Source of the DNA: Octopus vulgaris
Lineage: Eukaryota
Length of the DNA: 64,000 nt
Assembly (NCBI GenBank): GCA_951406725.2
Contig: OX597824.1
Location: forward strand, 33,914,001 to 33,978,000
Direction of reading: 5' to 3'
The position numbers and the translations under genes were made by a program. Of the stretch, positions 40,205-53,149 are shown in pieces. Each line of letters starts with the position of its first letter. Position 1 is the first letter of the stretch. The notes beneath the pieces are model-generated. The model did not search any database, was not told the origin of the DNA, and saw nothing but the letters and a program-made list of their open reading frames with translations.

Positions 40205-42484
40205 TAGTTCACACCAGAAACACCATCAACAACAAAATATAAAAACTAGAAAGGACAATTAACAGAGCAATTGCAGTCAGGTTATTTGGGGTGGACACAT
40301 TCCATTTCTTGCATCATGCTTTTTGGACAGCAAATCTGAAATGCAATTATATAATTATTAAAAGCAATAAAGATATTTTAAAGAAATAGATTACAACAAG
40401 AATTACCAATTAACTATACAATAAATTACCATTATTAGATTAATTATATTGGTTCTGTGGAAGAACATAGTAATGTCAAGCTAATCACAAAATCAGAGGC
40501 AATCTAAGTGCCCTAAAAAATGAAAATTAGAGACAGAGATGGATGGATATACACACTCATACCGACATACACAAACATGCAACATTCGTCAACAAAGATT
40601 TCACCAAGCTGAAGAGAAGTTATATACAGTGATCTCTATTTAGAATATTCTAGAGCTGGCACCAACATCTGGGTGCAGAAAGCTCAGCAAATCCCTGAAA
40701 TAAATACAAGATATAAATTACAACAAGAATTAGCAATTAACTCTACAAGAAATTACCATTATTAGATGAATTATATTGGTACTATAGATGATATTAGTAT
40801 TCAGTAACCTAGAAATGTCAAGCTTACCACAAAATCAGAATAATCTAACTACTCTAAAAAATGAAAATTAGTTTCATACACAAGCTGAAATACTGGAAGT
40901 TGGCATTCTACTTCTAGGTACTCATGACAGGAAAGTTATACAATGACCTAAACTTGGAAAATCCAAGGAGTGACACAACATGACAACCCTTCAAATTTTT
41001 GAACAGGTCATCACTGCACAATGAGAGAAGAACCATTTTATCTTTCCTGGTTAAGGACTATGTACTGAATACTGTAGTCAGATTGTGTTTAAAATTTTTT
41101 TTTATTGTATCCTCTCTCAACATCTGTGAGATAAGCAGAGAGTAAATACCAATACTCTCAAACATCACTTGTATTCCATTATGTACAATCCAGGGAGGTC
41201 CTACATATGCAGCATGAGAAAAGAGGGGAGTGCTGGCATCAAACTCTTTCATATGTTTGTGTGTGTATGAGTGGTGGGGTTATATTTTATTTTGGGTGAG
41301 TCTATTGCTGGTTCAAGTTTCACCTATGGATTCACAAGATCTTCAGGCAAATTATATAGTATGCTAGTAATCTTTATTACACTAAGTACCCATTGGCAAC
41401 AATGAACACAAAATATCTATGTGCTTGTGTGTGTACATACATATATAATATAAATAATACATACATATATATATTTTTTTTTTTTTATATACACACACAC
41501 ACACAATAAAGAAGAATGGAGAATTATATATCTTCAAAATTTGTTTAATACAGTATTATTCTCATTAAATCTACATTAGATTCCAATCTGACATGTGTTG
41601 GCCAGCTAGATCTGGGTTATATCAGAGCGCTAACAAGGTATCTGCCCGGATTCCAAATCCCGATTCCTTTACGTTATATATCATCATCACCATTTAACGT
41701 CCACCTTCCATGCTGGCATATACAGGATGAATGGCTATACATACATACACATAGATGCAACATTCCTCAACAAAGATTTCGCCAAGCTGAAGAGGAGACA
41801 TATACAGTAGTCTCTATTGAGAAGATTCTAGAACTAGTATAGTGTGTGTTTGCATATATTCTTGTCTTTACACCACATGATGATTGTAAACAAGTATCAC
41901 TGTCATACAAGTGAGGTTGTTTATTTCCAGTCTTCCATGTAAAACATGAGTGGGAAATCTTATTTTGCTTAGAAGCAGATGAGGGTTGGTGACAGGAAGG
42001 GTGCTTGGCTGTAGAAAATCTATCTGTCAGCATCAAAAAGTGAACAGTTCCTTTTTCATATTGAGCCATTTTTCCCCACTATCACCACAATGAAGATATT
42101 AAAAAACTGGTTTTTCCACCAAAATCATAGCAATGCCCACAAAAAGGCCATCGTTTAAGTGCCTACTACAAAAGATAGAAATATTACACCCAAACACTTC
42201 ATTAGAAGCCTGATCAGTTCAATGAACCCATATGACAACATAAAATATACAGAAATATCTGTGTGGTAAGAAGCTTGTTTCCCAACCATATAGTCTTGAG
42301 TTTAACCCGACTGCACTGCACCTTGGGCAAGCAGCTTCTACTATGGTCCCAGGCCAAGTAAAGGCTTGTGAATGGATCTGGTAGGCAGAAAATGAAAGAA
42401 GCCAATCGTACACATACATACACACATACATACATACATACATACATACATATGTATGTATATATATATATATATACTTTTTGT

Positions 42485-42683
42485 TTTATTAAAGCTGCTA
42501 AACATCACAAAAAATACTACTCAGAGTTTCACGTTCCCGTTCATTGGACTGTTGTGATGATACATGTAATATATGATTTGATATCAAATCATATATATAT
42601 ACCATCACAACTGTCCGACGAACGGAAATATGTAACTCCGAGTAGCTGTGTTTGTGATGTTTTTGCAGCTCAGGTTTCAAAAT
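42485..42683. repeat. palindromic element with a degenerate hammerhead motif in each arm
   Basis: Centre ATATGATTTGATATCAAATCATAT. Plus arm CTGT-CCGACGA-ACGGAAATAT-GTAA-CTCCGAG-TA-GCTGT. Minus arm ACAGT-CCAATGA-ACGGGAACGT-GAAA-CTCTGAG-TA. Confidence 0.7.
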
Positions 42684-43925
42684 AATTACTGGGGGCTGCA
42701 GCAGCAGGCATTAAAAGCTTCATGGAGACAAATTTCGGGAGGTCATTAACACAGTGGAAACAAGCACCCAAGGGAAAAATTCACACAACTGAGAAAATAG
42801 GTCGATTCTTTCAATTTCAAACACAAATCACATGAACAAGAAACTTTCAAACCGAATATACACCCATATCTAGACTTTAATATGACTTGCTCATCAGCAA
42901 AGAAAAAAATGGAAACTAATATATATGGATACATAAATACCATGATTATACATAAAACCATCCTTTTGTAAGAGGGGTGGATGGCTGCGATAGGAAAAGA
43001 TGGGAAGATACCAGAGAATGGACCGGCAAGAACTTTGCCAACTTACTACAATGAGTAGCAGAAAATTTGAAGATCTACTTTAATACATCTGTAACTGAGG
43101 ACTGATGGCAGTGATGTAACATTCATCCTTTTCTTTCGTAGTTCTTAAACTAGTTGAGATTAGTTCGATGTCAAATCTTGCTGTAGAACAGGCAGATCAG
43201 ACCATTGAAGTAAATGTTTTCGTATTGAATATCAAATGGTTATGTCAATAAAAGGGAATACAGTTCAAAGTTACTTAGCAAATAATATAGGGAACTGAAC
43301 AGCGTTTCAATATAGATATATATATTTAACAAAAAGTGTAACATATGGATCTATATATATTTTTTTTCAATGTACTCTTTATTAGGATCGTCTCCTCGAA
43401 GTACAAAAGTGCGCTATTATGAAAACTTCGCAAAAAGGAGCTAATGTTTACAATTTCAGTGCTAAACTTGCTAACAATGAACATCGAAGTGAGTACAGTT
43501 TAATAAAAAGTAGAAGTTGCGCGCGCGAGTGTGTACCTCTTGGAAAATGTGTACCTTAAGACAAAATTAAAAGGAAAGGTAGCAGCCCTCGAAAACCGTC
43601 ATTACAGGAAGTCGTTGCACATATCTAGGCTAACCTACACCTCCTTATCATATCATATCATTGAACAATCAAAGTATAGCTTGAGTAAGTTTGCTAAGTG
43701 GATCAAATAGCATAAATATGTAGTAGTCGGGGTTTCCATCTCCTGTTTGAAAGAATGGATCCAATTACAGAAAGATTTCTAGGCAGTTAAAGAGGGAGAA
43801 AAAAAATAAAATAAAGTAATTATTTGGTACAGATGTGTTTCCTGAGAGTCAAGAATTACTCGGAAAACACATGTGGAGTTTTGAAAGTATTTAGAGAAGT
43901 AAAATAGTAAAAAATCAATACTTAC

Positions 43926-44005
43926 ATCGGGGAGAGAGGAAGATTGCGGCGAGACAGGAATCGAGGAAAGAAACAAATAATTTTCGGTAAAGAAGTGTCT
44001 CTCAT
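43926..44005 (-). other. probable non-coding first exon of LNX
   Basis: CpG-richer unique stretch ending in the strong donor CCGAT|GTAAGTA (intron starts at 43925), immediately downstream of promoter-type motifs. The 5' end is a guess. Confidence 0.55.
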
Positions 44006-44040
44006 ACGTCACTTCCCGTAGATGAACACTACTTCCGGTA
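44006..44040 (-). promoter_or_regulatory. candidate LNX core promoter: ETS-CRE composite plus ETS site
   Basis: Minus strand reads CCGGAAGT (44031-44038) and GGAAGTGACGT (44006-44016). Confidence 0.5.
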
Positions 44041-45155
44041 CTACCTCCTTTACTCCAAAAACTTAAACAAACATTGACAGAAAATCTAACCTGTTTGTAG
44101 TTGATGGTGATTATATATATATATAGAGAGAGATAGATATAAATTGATTTATTGATGATGGTATTTATTAGTTAACATACTGGTAGTATATATATATATA
44201 TATTAGTTATCCTATTATTTAATAGTGGTACATTAGTTAACATGTTAGTGGTGGTGTATAAATATATGTGTGTATGTATGTTACATATGTGTATATTCCA
44301 CCTTGATATATCATATAACTGAACTATTTATAACTAGAGAAGGATTAAAGTGGCTAAAACAAAGGAATTGCTGCATTTAATGTATTTTCCTGGGCTTGGG
44401 ATTCAAATCCATCCTGAATCAGTTAATAACTAGAGTTAATTTATCCGACTATGTTTCTCGAACTAGATATGTCCTGGTACCTTGGTATGAAATTAATAAA
44501 CATTGTGCTACGCATATTTATTTAGCTTAGCATATTTATTCGAGTTGCTGCAGACCAACTAAATGCGCCGATCTATGGACCCGCAGAATAGGATTAGAAT
44601 TTTAATCTGTTGATGATGTGCTCTATTTAAATAAGTTTAATCAGTTTCAAATAGTTAAATCAATCAAGATAATAAAAATAATTATAAAGAAAGAATAGTT
44701 TCAGGCAGAAATTACACCTCATTTTTAGGGAACTCGAAAATATATACTACTTTGTTTTCCTTTTAATATTTTCAATAATTACTGAATATTTTCTCTCTTT
44801 TTTTCCTTTCCCCTTTTTTCTTTCTTTTTCCGCTATGTTTTTTTCTTTATCTTTCTTTTGGAAGAATCATGACTATCGTTTAGTATTTGTAATCTAATGT
44901 GGTTTTGTATGGTTCATTTATCATACATGTTATATATGTAATTAGATTTGTATATTTCTTGAAGTAAAACATTAAAATGAGATAACCTATGATATTTGGC
45001 TTTTTACTGAGAGATTCTTGCAAAATGCTTCGAAATAGTTCTTGTTCTACAAGGATACCCAGCGTTTCCCGAGAAATAAAACACGTAGTTGATGGCTAAT
45101 TTATCGAATATATATACATATATATATATATATTATAATAATGAAATTATTGTGT

Positions 45156-45216
<61 letters not shown>

Positions 45217-46514
45217 GTTTAAATTATTTGAATTAAATGTATGCTTCCATTTTCACTTCTTAAAATATTACGTTTCAACAAACTCTTACAAACAGGTCAT
45301 AACACAGACATTTCAGCTTACAATCCAGTTGATTTATTTATATGATACATAGATATTAACACAAAAAGGCGTAATTACACTTGTGTGCCCCGCCCATCCA
45401 TCAACTTTATTCGTTCAAAACTTTCTGAAAAGACGAGCGTTTTTTAACGAAATTTTCCAAAGATACGTTTCAAATGGTGTAAACTGCGATTCTATCGGAA
45501 TTTTGTGAAGAAAACCTTTTTCTTTTCTTTTTTAATTTTTTTTTTTTTTGCTGGGTTGAGGGTACAGGAGTTTCGGATAATTCCCAAACCTCGACTAGAC
45601 TATTTCCTCATAAACATTCTGAAAAATGAATAATTTTTAGTAATTTTTTACTACATATACATCTCAGATTGTATAGATTATCGGAATTTGAAAAAGAAAA
45701 ATGGAGGGAGTATCGGGTAATTCACACATTGTTTCCTCATTCGTTTTGATGAGATGCAGAAATTATCCACCTCTCCAATCCCCCCCCCTTATTTTTTTCA
45801 CATTAAATTCCGATATAATCATAATCTACACCTCTGAAGTTGGTGGTGAGGCCGAGCTTATTTTTAGTTGTACCTTGCTAACATTTTTAAGAAATAAATC
45901 TTTTTCTAGATTTCTGTTTTGAACATTGCAAAATACTATTTTGTGAAAAAAAAAAGTTAACGATTTTTTTTTTCACACTTCCCCTTTATCTGTTACCCTA
46001 AAAAGAATTTCTACTTACAGATTTGTAACTTGCTATTTTTAAAATGTGCATGTCAAAATAATAATGATGAACAGTGAGGGTGCATGGCTTAGTGGTTAGG
46101 GTTTTCGGCCCACTGTCGTAAGGTCGTGAGTTCGATTCCTGATAGCACGTTATGTATTTCAAAGGGCTAGCCGTGTCACATTCTACGTTAGCTGAATCTT
46201 CCGAAGAACTACGATTAAGATAAGCGTGTCTGCGAAGAGCTTAGCCACTTGCACGTTTATTTCACCAGCAGGCTGTCAGGTTATCTGCAGCCAAACAGAG
46301 GGGAAGACAGGGCCAAAAAATTTTATGTCATTTGAAAGGAATTATTTTCTGCAGAATCTTAGAGAAATATTCACAAAGAAAAGTGAAAAACAAGTAGGTA
46401 GATAATGTTCATATTGCACTACTCCGTAATAGATTTTTTGAACTTTATGTAATTTACATGAAGTATCTTTTAGTTGGGGGTTTAGTCGAATGAACTCACC
46501 CCAGTGCTTGTTTC

Positions 46515-47060
46515 GGTTTATCCCTAGTTTAGGGCCCGGTCACAAAAATGAAATAGTGTAATTGGTGTAAAATAATGTGGAGTAAAAGAATATTTTTTTA
46601 AATGCGCACTGATAAACGGGTGGGGGTGACTCGGAAAAAAAAAGTGTAATAAGTGTAAAATAATGTGTACTAAACAAATATGGAAAAAAATATATATATT
46701 TGCGCCGACGAACGTGCGGGGAGAGGACTCAGAAAATTCACACGATTTAACTCACACGATCCGATAACCCAACTTTAACACCCAGTCACAAAAATGAAAA
46801 AAAAAAAAGACAAGTGTAATAGGTGTAAAATAATGTGTAATAAACGAAAAGGAAAAAAAAATGCGCGCTGGCGAACGGGGTGGGGAGGGAGGGGACTCGG
46901 AAATTTCACACAATCCGATTAAGGTAAATGAGGTTTTTTTTTTCTTAGTGAAACGTGAGCGGGTACACTTATCAAAATTTACCTAAAATCGTGTGAATTT
47001 TCCGAATCCTCTCCCCACCCCTCCGTTCGGCGTCACCTGGTCCTAAACTAGAAATTAACC
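46515..47060. mobile_element. MITE with ~30-bp imperfect TIRs and internal direct repeats, inserted in a SINE
   Basis: Left end GGTTTATCCCTAGTTTAGGGCCCGGTCA vs reverse complement of the right end GGTTAATTTCTAGTTTAGGACCAGGTGA. Flanks CTTGTTTC/CTCATTTC. Three GTGTAAT.GGTGTAAAATAATGTG repeats inside. Confidence 0.65.
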
Positions 47061-47989
47061 CTCATTTCTTAAGCCTGGAACTGATTTCAACTGTCTTTTT
47101 TGCCGAACCGCCAAGTTACGGGAATTTAAAAAAAAACAGCACGATTGTCAAGAGGTGATGGAGAGAAACACACCCGACAAGCTTCTTTCAGTTTCTTTCG
47201 ACTAAATCCACTCACAAGGCTTTGGTTGGTCCTATGCCACTGTGAAAGACTCTTGCCCTAGGTACCACGCAGTGGGACTAAACTTAGAACCATGTGGTTG
47301 GGAAGAAAACTTCTTAACACACATTCACGAAGCACAAATATGGTGGTATGGCTTAAAATGTCACAATAAACATGTAGCGTATTTTATTTCTTTATTGCCC
47401 ACAGGGGGCTAAACATAGAGGGGACAAACAAGGACAGACATGGCGATTAAGTCGATTACATTGACCCCAGTGATTAACTGGTACTTATTTAATCGACCCC
47501 GAAATGATGAAAGGCAAAGTCGACCTCGGCGGAATTTGAACTCAGAACGTAACGGCAGACGAAACATGTAGCGTATTTAATGACACAGAAGACGCACGGG
47601 CACATTGGATGCACCCTTAATTTCAGCAACGCTGCATTCAGGAAAAGTTACTAGAGCATTAGAGTGTTACCTGGATGTTGTTGTTGTTGGCAGGTCTGTA
47701 ATGGTGACTGATTGAGTTTGATGAATGAAAATATGTTTCTTGGGCTGCGTGTAGAAGCAACTGAACAATAACCACAAATATTTAACAGAAGATTTTATTA
47801 TCGCACATAAAGACAAAACTGCGTTGGCCTTTTATAGATATAGGCCATGGGCTAGTGGAGGCGGGTCATGGCGCTTTGCTTGTAATTTACTTTAATGGGT
47901 ATTTCATGTAGCCCTGAGTCTCACAAGTCAGAAAATTGATGTTGCCAGAAAAAAAAAAACTGGGTTGGAAGATATCCCCATGGACTTTT

Positions 47990-50340
47990 TGACCACGCCC
48001 ACTTTTACAGCACACTTAATTGTCACAAAGGTCTGATGGAAGCCCTCGAGAGACTGGTGCTGGCTTGTTTTCTACAAAATCGGGATGAAGAAGTACCATT
48101 TGGAAAGCTACCGATGTCTTCCAGGGATTGTATTGAGAGGTTCGCAACATCTCTCAGCAAGGAAACTGAAAATACAGCATGAAATGATCAGGAAATTTCT
48201 TCATACATTGATGAATACCTCCATTTCCGTGAGAACATTCGCTCAGGCCAACATGGAAAGATTGCTGCGTTTTGGATATCATTCATCGATCATGTTTGGC
48301 TGACAATATGCCTTCTACAAGCTGTAAAGACAAACAACTTTACAGTATATGCACAGTGCCTCTGCCTTATGCCTGACCTCTTCTTCAGCTTCAGAGGACA
48401 CAACTATGCCCCGTACCTCACATTCTTTTCGATGTTTATTGCCAACATTGAACATTATCATCCCGGTGCGGAGGATCTGTTAAAGAGATGTGCAGTCAGT
48501 GTGGCGAGAGCTTTTATTCGAGGAAATAGGTGTGCTGTCAACAAAACAATCGAAGAAACTTCTATGAAACATGCAAAATCAAAAGGTGGAAGTAGCTTGA
48601 CTGGAGTGGGTATTAGCAGTCTGCAAACAAACTACAGTGCCTATCAAAGATGGACATAGTTAGGTAAAGAACGAGCCAAATTCCTTCAGGCTACATTTTG
48701 TCTAGCGCGAATGTCTGATGATGAAGTCAAAGGACTACAACATCGGGATGTTCGCCCTTGTGAAATTGCGACCAGCGAGAAACATGTCTCATGTGTTTCA
48801 ACAACCCTTTCAACATCCCAGATAATGGAAAGTTGTACAATCTATCATCCGACGCTCCGGCTTCAGAAGTTGCGAAGGACGTCCTCACTGCTGAGACTGT
48901 TGGTAAGCTAGCAAAAGAAGGACTTCATAGAAAGTAGACTAATGAAGAAGGATGGCTTCTTTGATCCTATTAATCGCCCAAATTTGAAAACTATGGCACA
49001 CATACACAAGTCCGTGAAACTCAACTTCTCACAACAAAGTTGTCAAGTACAAGCAGCAGGGAGACATAGCATTTCACTTACTTGTGAAGTCTCAAGCACA
49101 GATGGACAGAAACGTGACCTTGACAAACTATTAACCTACCCATTGACGCCTGTTCCATACAGCATTGGATTGGCTGACGGGTTTTTAGCAAAAGCAGACA
49201 AATCGAAAGGCTTCAAACATGTTGTGTAAGAATGCGATGATGCATAGTTACCTGATCCAAGGCAGAGCTTCATCATAGAGGATGGAAATGCAGTGTTCTA
49301 TTGCTTGCGTGAGATTCCACAAATATTCGGGGAAATATCTCGTAAAGTGTTGGGATCTGCTCTTCACCAGTCACCTGTACACTGACGTACAAGGAAGATT
49401 CTGTAAAAGGGGTGGAACGAAACAGACGAGGTGTTAGAGATAAATTCATCCCGAGAGGTGAGAAAACAAAGCGTCCGAAAGACTGGAAAGTCTTTCTTGC
49501 AAACGATGAGAACAAGACAGTTCATTCAACTTTTGCTCTCAACTTGGAGGAGTGAGGTGTCTGCCAACATTCTCACTGGACATGAGATGGTACTGGTATG
49601 TGAAGGGAAAGCTTCCCAGTTGACATCGGATGGACGTAACACATTCTGTCAAGAAATACACTCTCGAATCTTCACAGAAGGAAACTGACACTCGTGTGAT
49701 CCTGTATCGCATGTATGCCAAAGAACAGAGATGCAAATCCGTTCGCGTGAGGAGTCCCATTCAAACATATTTTTCATTTTACTTCACCATGCTAGATTCC
49801 TGGAAGGACGTCAAATTCTATTTGAAACTGGAAAGGGTAACACACGACGCTATATCGATGTGACCAAGCTAGTTATATCTTTCGCGCCTGTTCTCTGTTC
49901 TGCATTGTTAGGTTATCATGCTTTCACCGGGTGCGATAGAACCAGAGCCTTGAAAGGGAAGAGGAAAGTGAAGGGACTGAAAGTCGTTGAAACAGATGAA
50001 TCATTCCAGAAAGTGTTCTCCAAGCTAGGGGTGTCTTGGGAAGTCGACGAGGGCGTGATGAATGAACTGGAAAGGTTCACGTGTGTGCTGTATGATAACA
50101 AAAGGGGAAAAAAGTTAATACATTGCGGTTCACAATCTTGCGAGCAAAGTGAGGTGAGAAGGATGATTTCACAAAATCTAAGCAATTCGATCTTGCTTCA
50201 CTGCCCCCATGTAGAAACGTCCTCGAGCAACTTGTTCGGCGAAGCAAGTTCCAGTCCAGAATATGGAAGCTCGCGAACATTGAAAAGTCTTCAGTGCCTA
50301 GACCAGACGAAGAACATGGATTGACAATGGAAGCGACAGT
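47990..50340 (+). mobile_element. decayed large DNA-transposon ORF, probably Academ (XPG-like nuclease type)
   Basis: Fragmented frames GHNYAPYL, NKTIEET, LTYPLTPVPYSI..ADG, QKETDTRVILY, HAFTGCD, ELERFTCVLY. The E(A/T)DTR and GCD motifs are XPG/FEN-like. Superfamily assignment is from recall only. Confidence 0.6.
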
Positions 50341-53149
50341 TTTGAGAGTCAATATGAAAGATCGCTGCATGGGAATACCATTACAAAAATCTTTTCGAAT
50401 GCATTCAACGTATTTCAGCTCCAAAGATTTGGTTGCTATTTCTGGCACGCCCTGCTACCACGTAACAGTTATTTGTGATAAAGGATCCGAAATACCTGTT
50501 ACGTGGTAGCAGGGCTTTCAAGAAATAGCAGCCAAATCTTTCCTTTTCTGAGGAAAGGAGCCGTTTACGCGTGATTTCGATGTCACATTTGTTGAAAGCA
50601 TGCGAAATAGGCCGGAAAAGAAAAAACACGAAGCAAAACTCTGTTGCTGGGAAACTCAAACTTTCCAGATGACTCAACGGGTCATTGGTAATCTAGTTTC
50701 TTACAAATCATTGTGAAAAGGTAAAAAAAATACGTTTTATTTGAAAGTTCTCAAAAATAAAGAAAAAGCATCACCATCATTTAATGCCCGTTTCCATTCT
50801 GGCACGGATTGGACAGTTCGAGAGGATCCATAGGTCGGAGGATGATATCTAGCTCAGACATTTCAGTTTTGCCATGCCCTTCTGAATATCAAATATTTTC
50901 CATAGTATGCTCACGAAAAGACTTAAAACTCCAATCAATTCTGTATTGCTTCTGCTTGATTCGCCAGCTTCTTCTGCACACACGAAAGAAGATATATTTA
51001 ATCATACTTACAGATCTTATCGTGTCTATCACCAGGTCTCCACTTTCGACTCTTTGACTACCATATCTTGAAATAAAACTGTGTGTTGAAACAAATTAAA
51101 ATCAGCCTTGCACTTCTCTAAGATTTTCCAGTTTATGTTGTACACCGTGATACAACTTTATGATCAGATGCAATAGTTGTAAGATCTCCTTCAATAACCC
51201 AGAGAGACAAAATGCCACAGCCCTAGCCAGGTACATATGGTTGTTACAGGATTTATAATGTGTGGTAGTAACTTTACATTTGTATACAATAATATAGCAT
51301 TGAACATAGCCCCTCAAAGAGCAATTAGGGTCCCAGCAAAAATCAGAAGGAAACCAACCACCAGTATAATGTGATTTTTGTAAGAAAAAACATGTGAACT
51401 TCAGAATTGATATCATGAAAAATTGATTCAATTTTTTTCAATTTATTTTTCTTTATATTTCAGCATGACTAAATCGTTTCTTTTTTTTTTTTAAGCAACT
51501 GAAACAGATGACACATTTGATAAAAATCTAAATACTTTCTTCTTTTTATCCATGACAAAAATCTCAAAGCAATTCTTCCTTTTTCTTTTTTAATATAGAT
51601 TTACTCGAGCGCAAATGCTTAATCTTTTCAACTTGTACGTTGTTGAAATATGTACACCGGAGAAAAAAAATTGAAATAATGGGACGTAACTTATTTCTTT
51701 TAGAAACCAGTGAAATTTATGCAATCCTTAATTATTTCCCTTGAGATTATTTTCGTTCTTGTTCTTTTCTTTCTTTGGTTTGCAAGATTCTTGAAATAAA
51801 ATCGTGTGTCGAAACAAATTTTGTGTTGTTGTTATTGGCGTAATGACTCTTCTAAGACAACAAAATATTTCCCTTGAGTTTAAAACAAAATTTTCAAAGG
51901 CAAAATTACAAATTTACAAATTAATGCATGAAAATTACAAAATACATGAATATACATGTACCCAATTATTATTTTCCAGTTCTTTTCGTCTTAGCGAAAT
52001 ATCAAACATTCAGTAGTGTTGTAACGGGGTGCTGTGATGCGACATAATTTTCATGCAGAACTTTATATATTAGTAATTTTTCTTTAACCTAATATACAAA
52101 ATAATTTACGCTTGCCTGCACTAAAGAACATTTGGCGGCTCGCCTTACCGAGATGTCAGGAGATGACCGTATGAGGGCTTGACTGTTCAAACGCCTTAGC
52201 CTCTCTACCCACTGCAGTAATGCCTTGGGTGTATTGGCTTGCTTCAGTAGGGTCCTTTGAAGCGACCAATTGAAGCAATTTTTTTCATTCTTTTTCTTTC
52301 TTCTTTTTCCTTTTTTTTTTTGCTCATATTTGTGTTTTCGATTTGGGATTTGGATTTTAATGTGGTTTTGTATTATGTATGTAGTATATACGTACGTGTT
52401 ATATATATATATAATTATTTAATTATCTAAATTATATCAGATTATGATTTTCAATAAAGACTAGTGTACGCTATGGGATACCTGTTTCTTTTATCAGCAT
52501 CAACGGGATAGAGCTGAAGAAATTACTGTCCCAGAATTCATGGGGCCAGTTACACGATTTCCATGGCGTATAAGTTACTGGGATCACAACATTGCTTCTG
52601 AACGGGATACCAGTCCGTCGAAGGATTATTCGTTTACTGGACTGGAGCAGCGTGAAATGAAATCTTTTGCTCAAGAACACACCGCACCGCCCGATCCGGG
52701 AATCTTGCGATTTTGATTGCTGCATCACTAAACTTAGTGATGCGAGGAATTAAAACATGCCAAAATATTGGTTTCACATTTTGACCCTCGGCCAGCAGCT
52801 TTGGAGAGGGGCTAAATCGATTACACTGAATCCAGTGCTCAACTGGTATTTAGTTTAATCAACCCCGAAAGGATGAAAGGCAGAGTCGACCTCTGTGAAA
52901 TTTGAACTCAGAACGTAGCGACGGACGAAATGCTGTTAACCAATTTTCCCGACGTGCTAAGGATTCTGCCAGCTCACCGCCTTATTAGACAGCTTCTTAT
53001 CTAAACCAGGCTACGAAGAACGCAGTTTCTTTCTGCAACAAGACTACATTTGCTTTCAAAATACACTTCAATATATTGTTTTAAAAAACGTCCATGTTGT
53101 GTTAATAGCAAATAAATATGTATGTATGGAGATATCAATATTTAAAAAA

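Noticed and set aside
46560-46860. Spaced direct repeats suggesting a CRISPR-like array
   Set aside because: Eukaryotic context, degenerate repeats with related spacers, inside a MITE, and no cas genes.
51012-51066. YGSQRVESGDLV resembling a PUS7/TruD segment
   Set aside because: Too short, weak acceptor, and no other TruD exons nearby.
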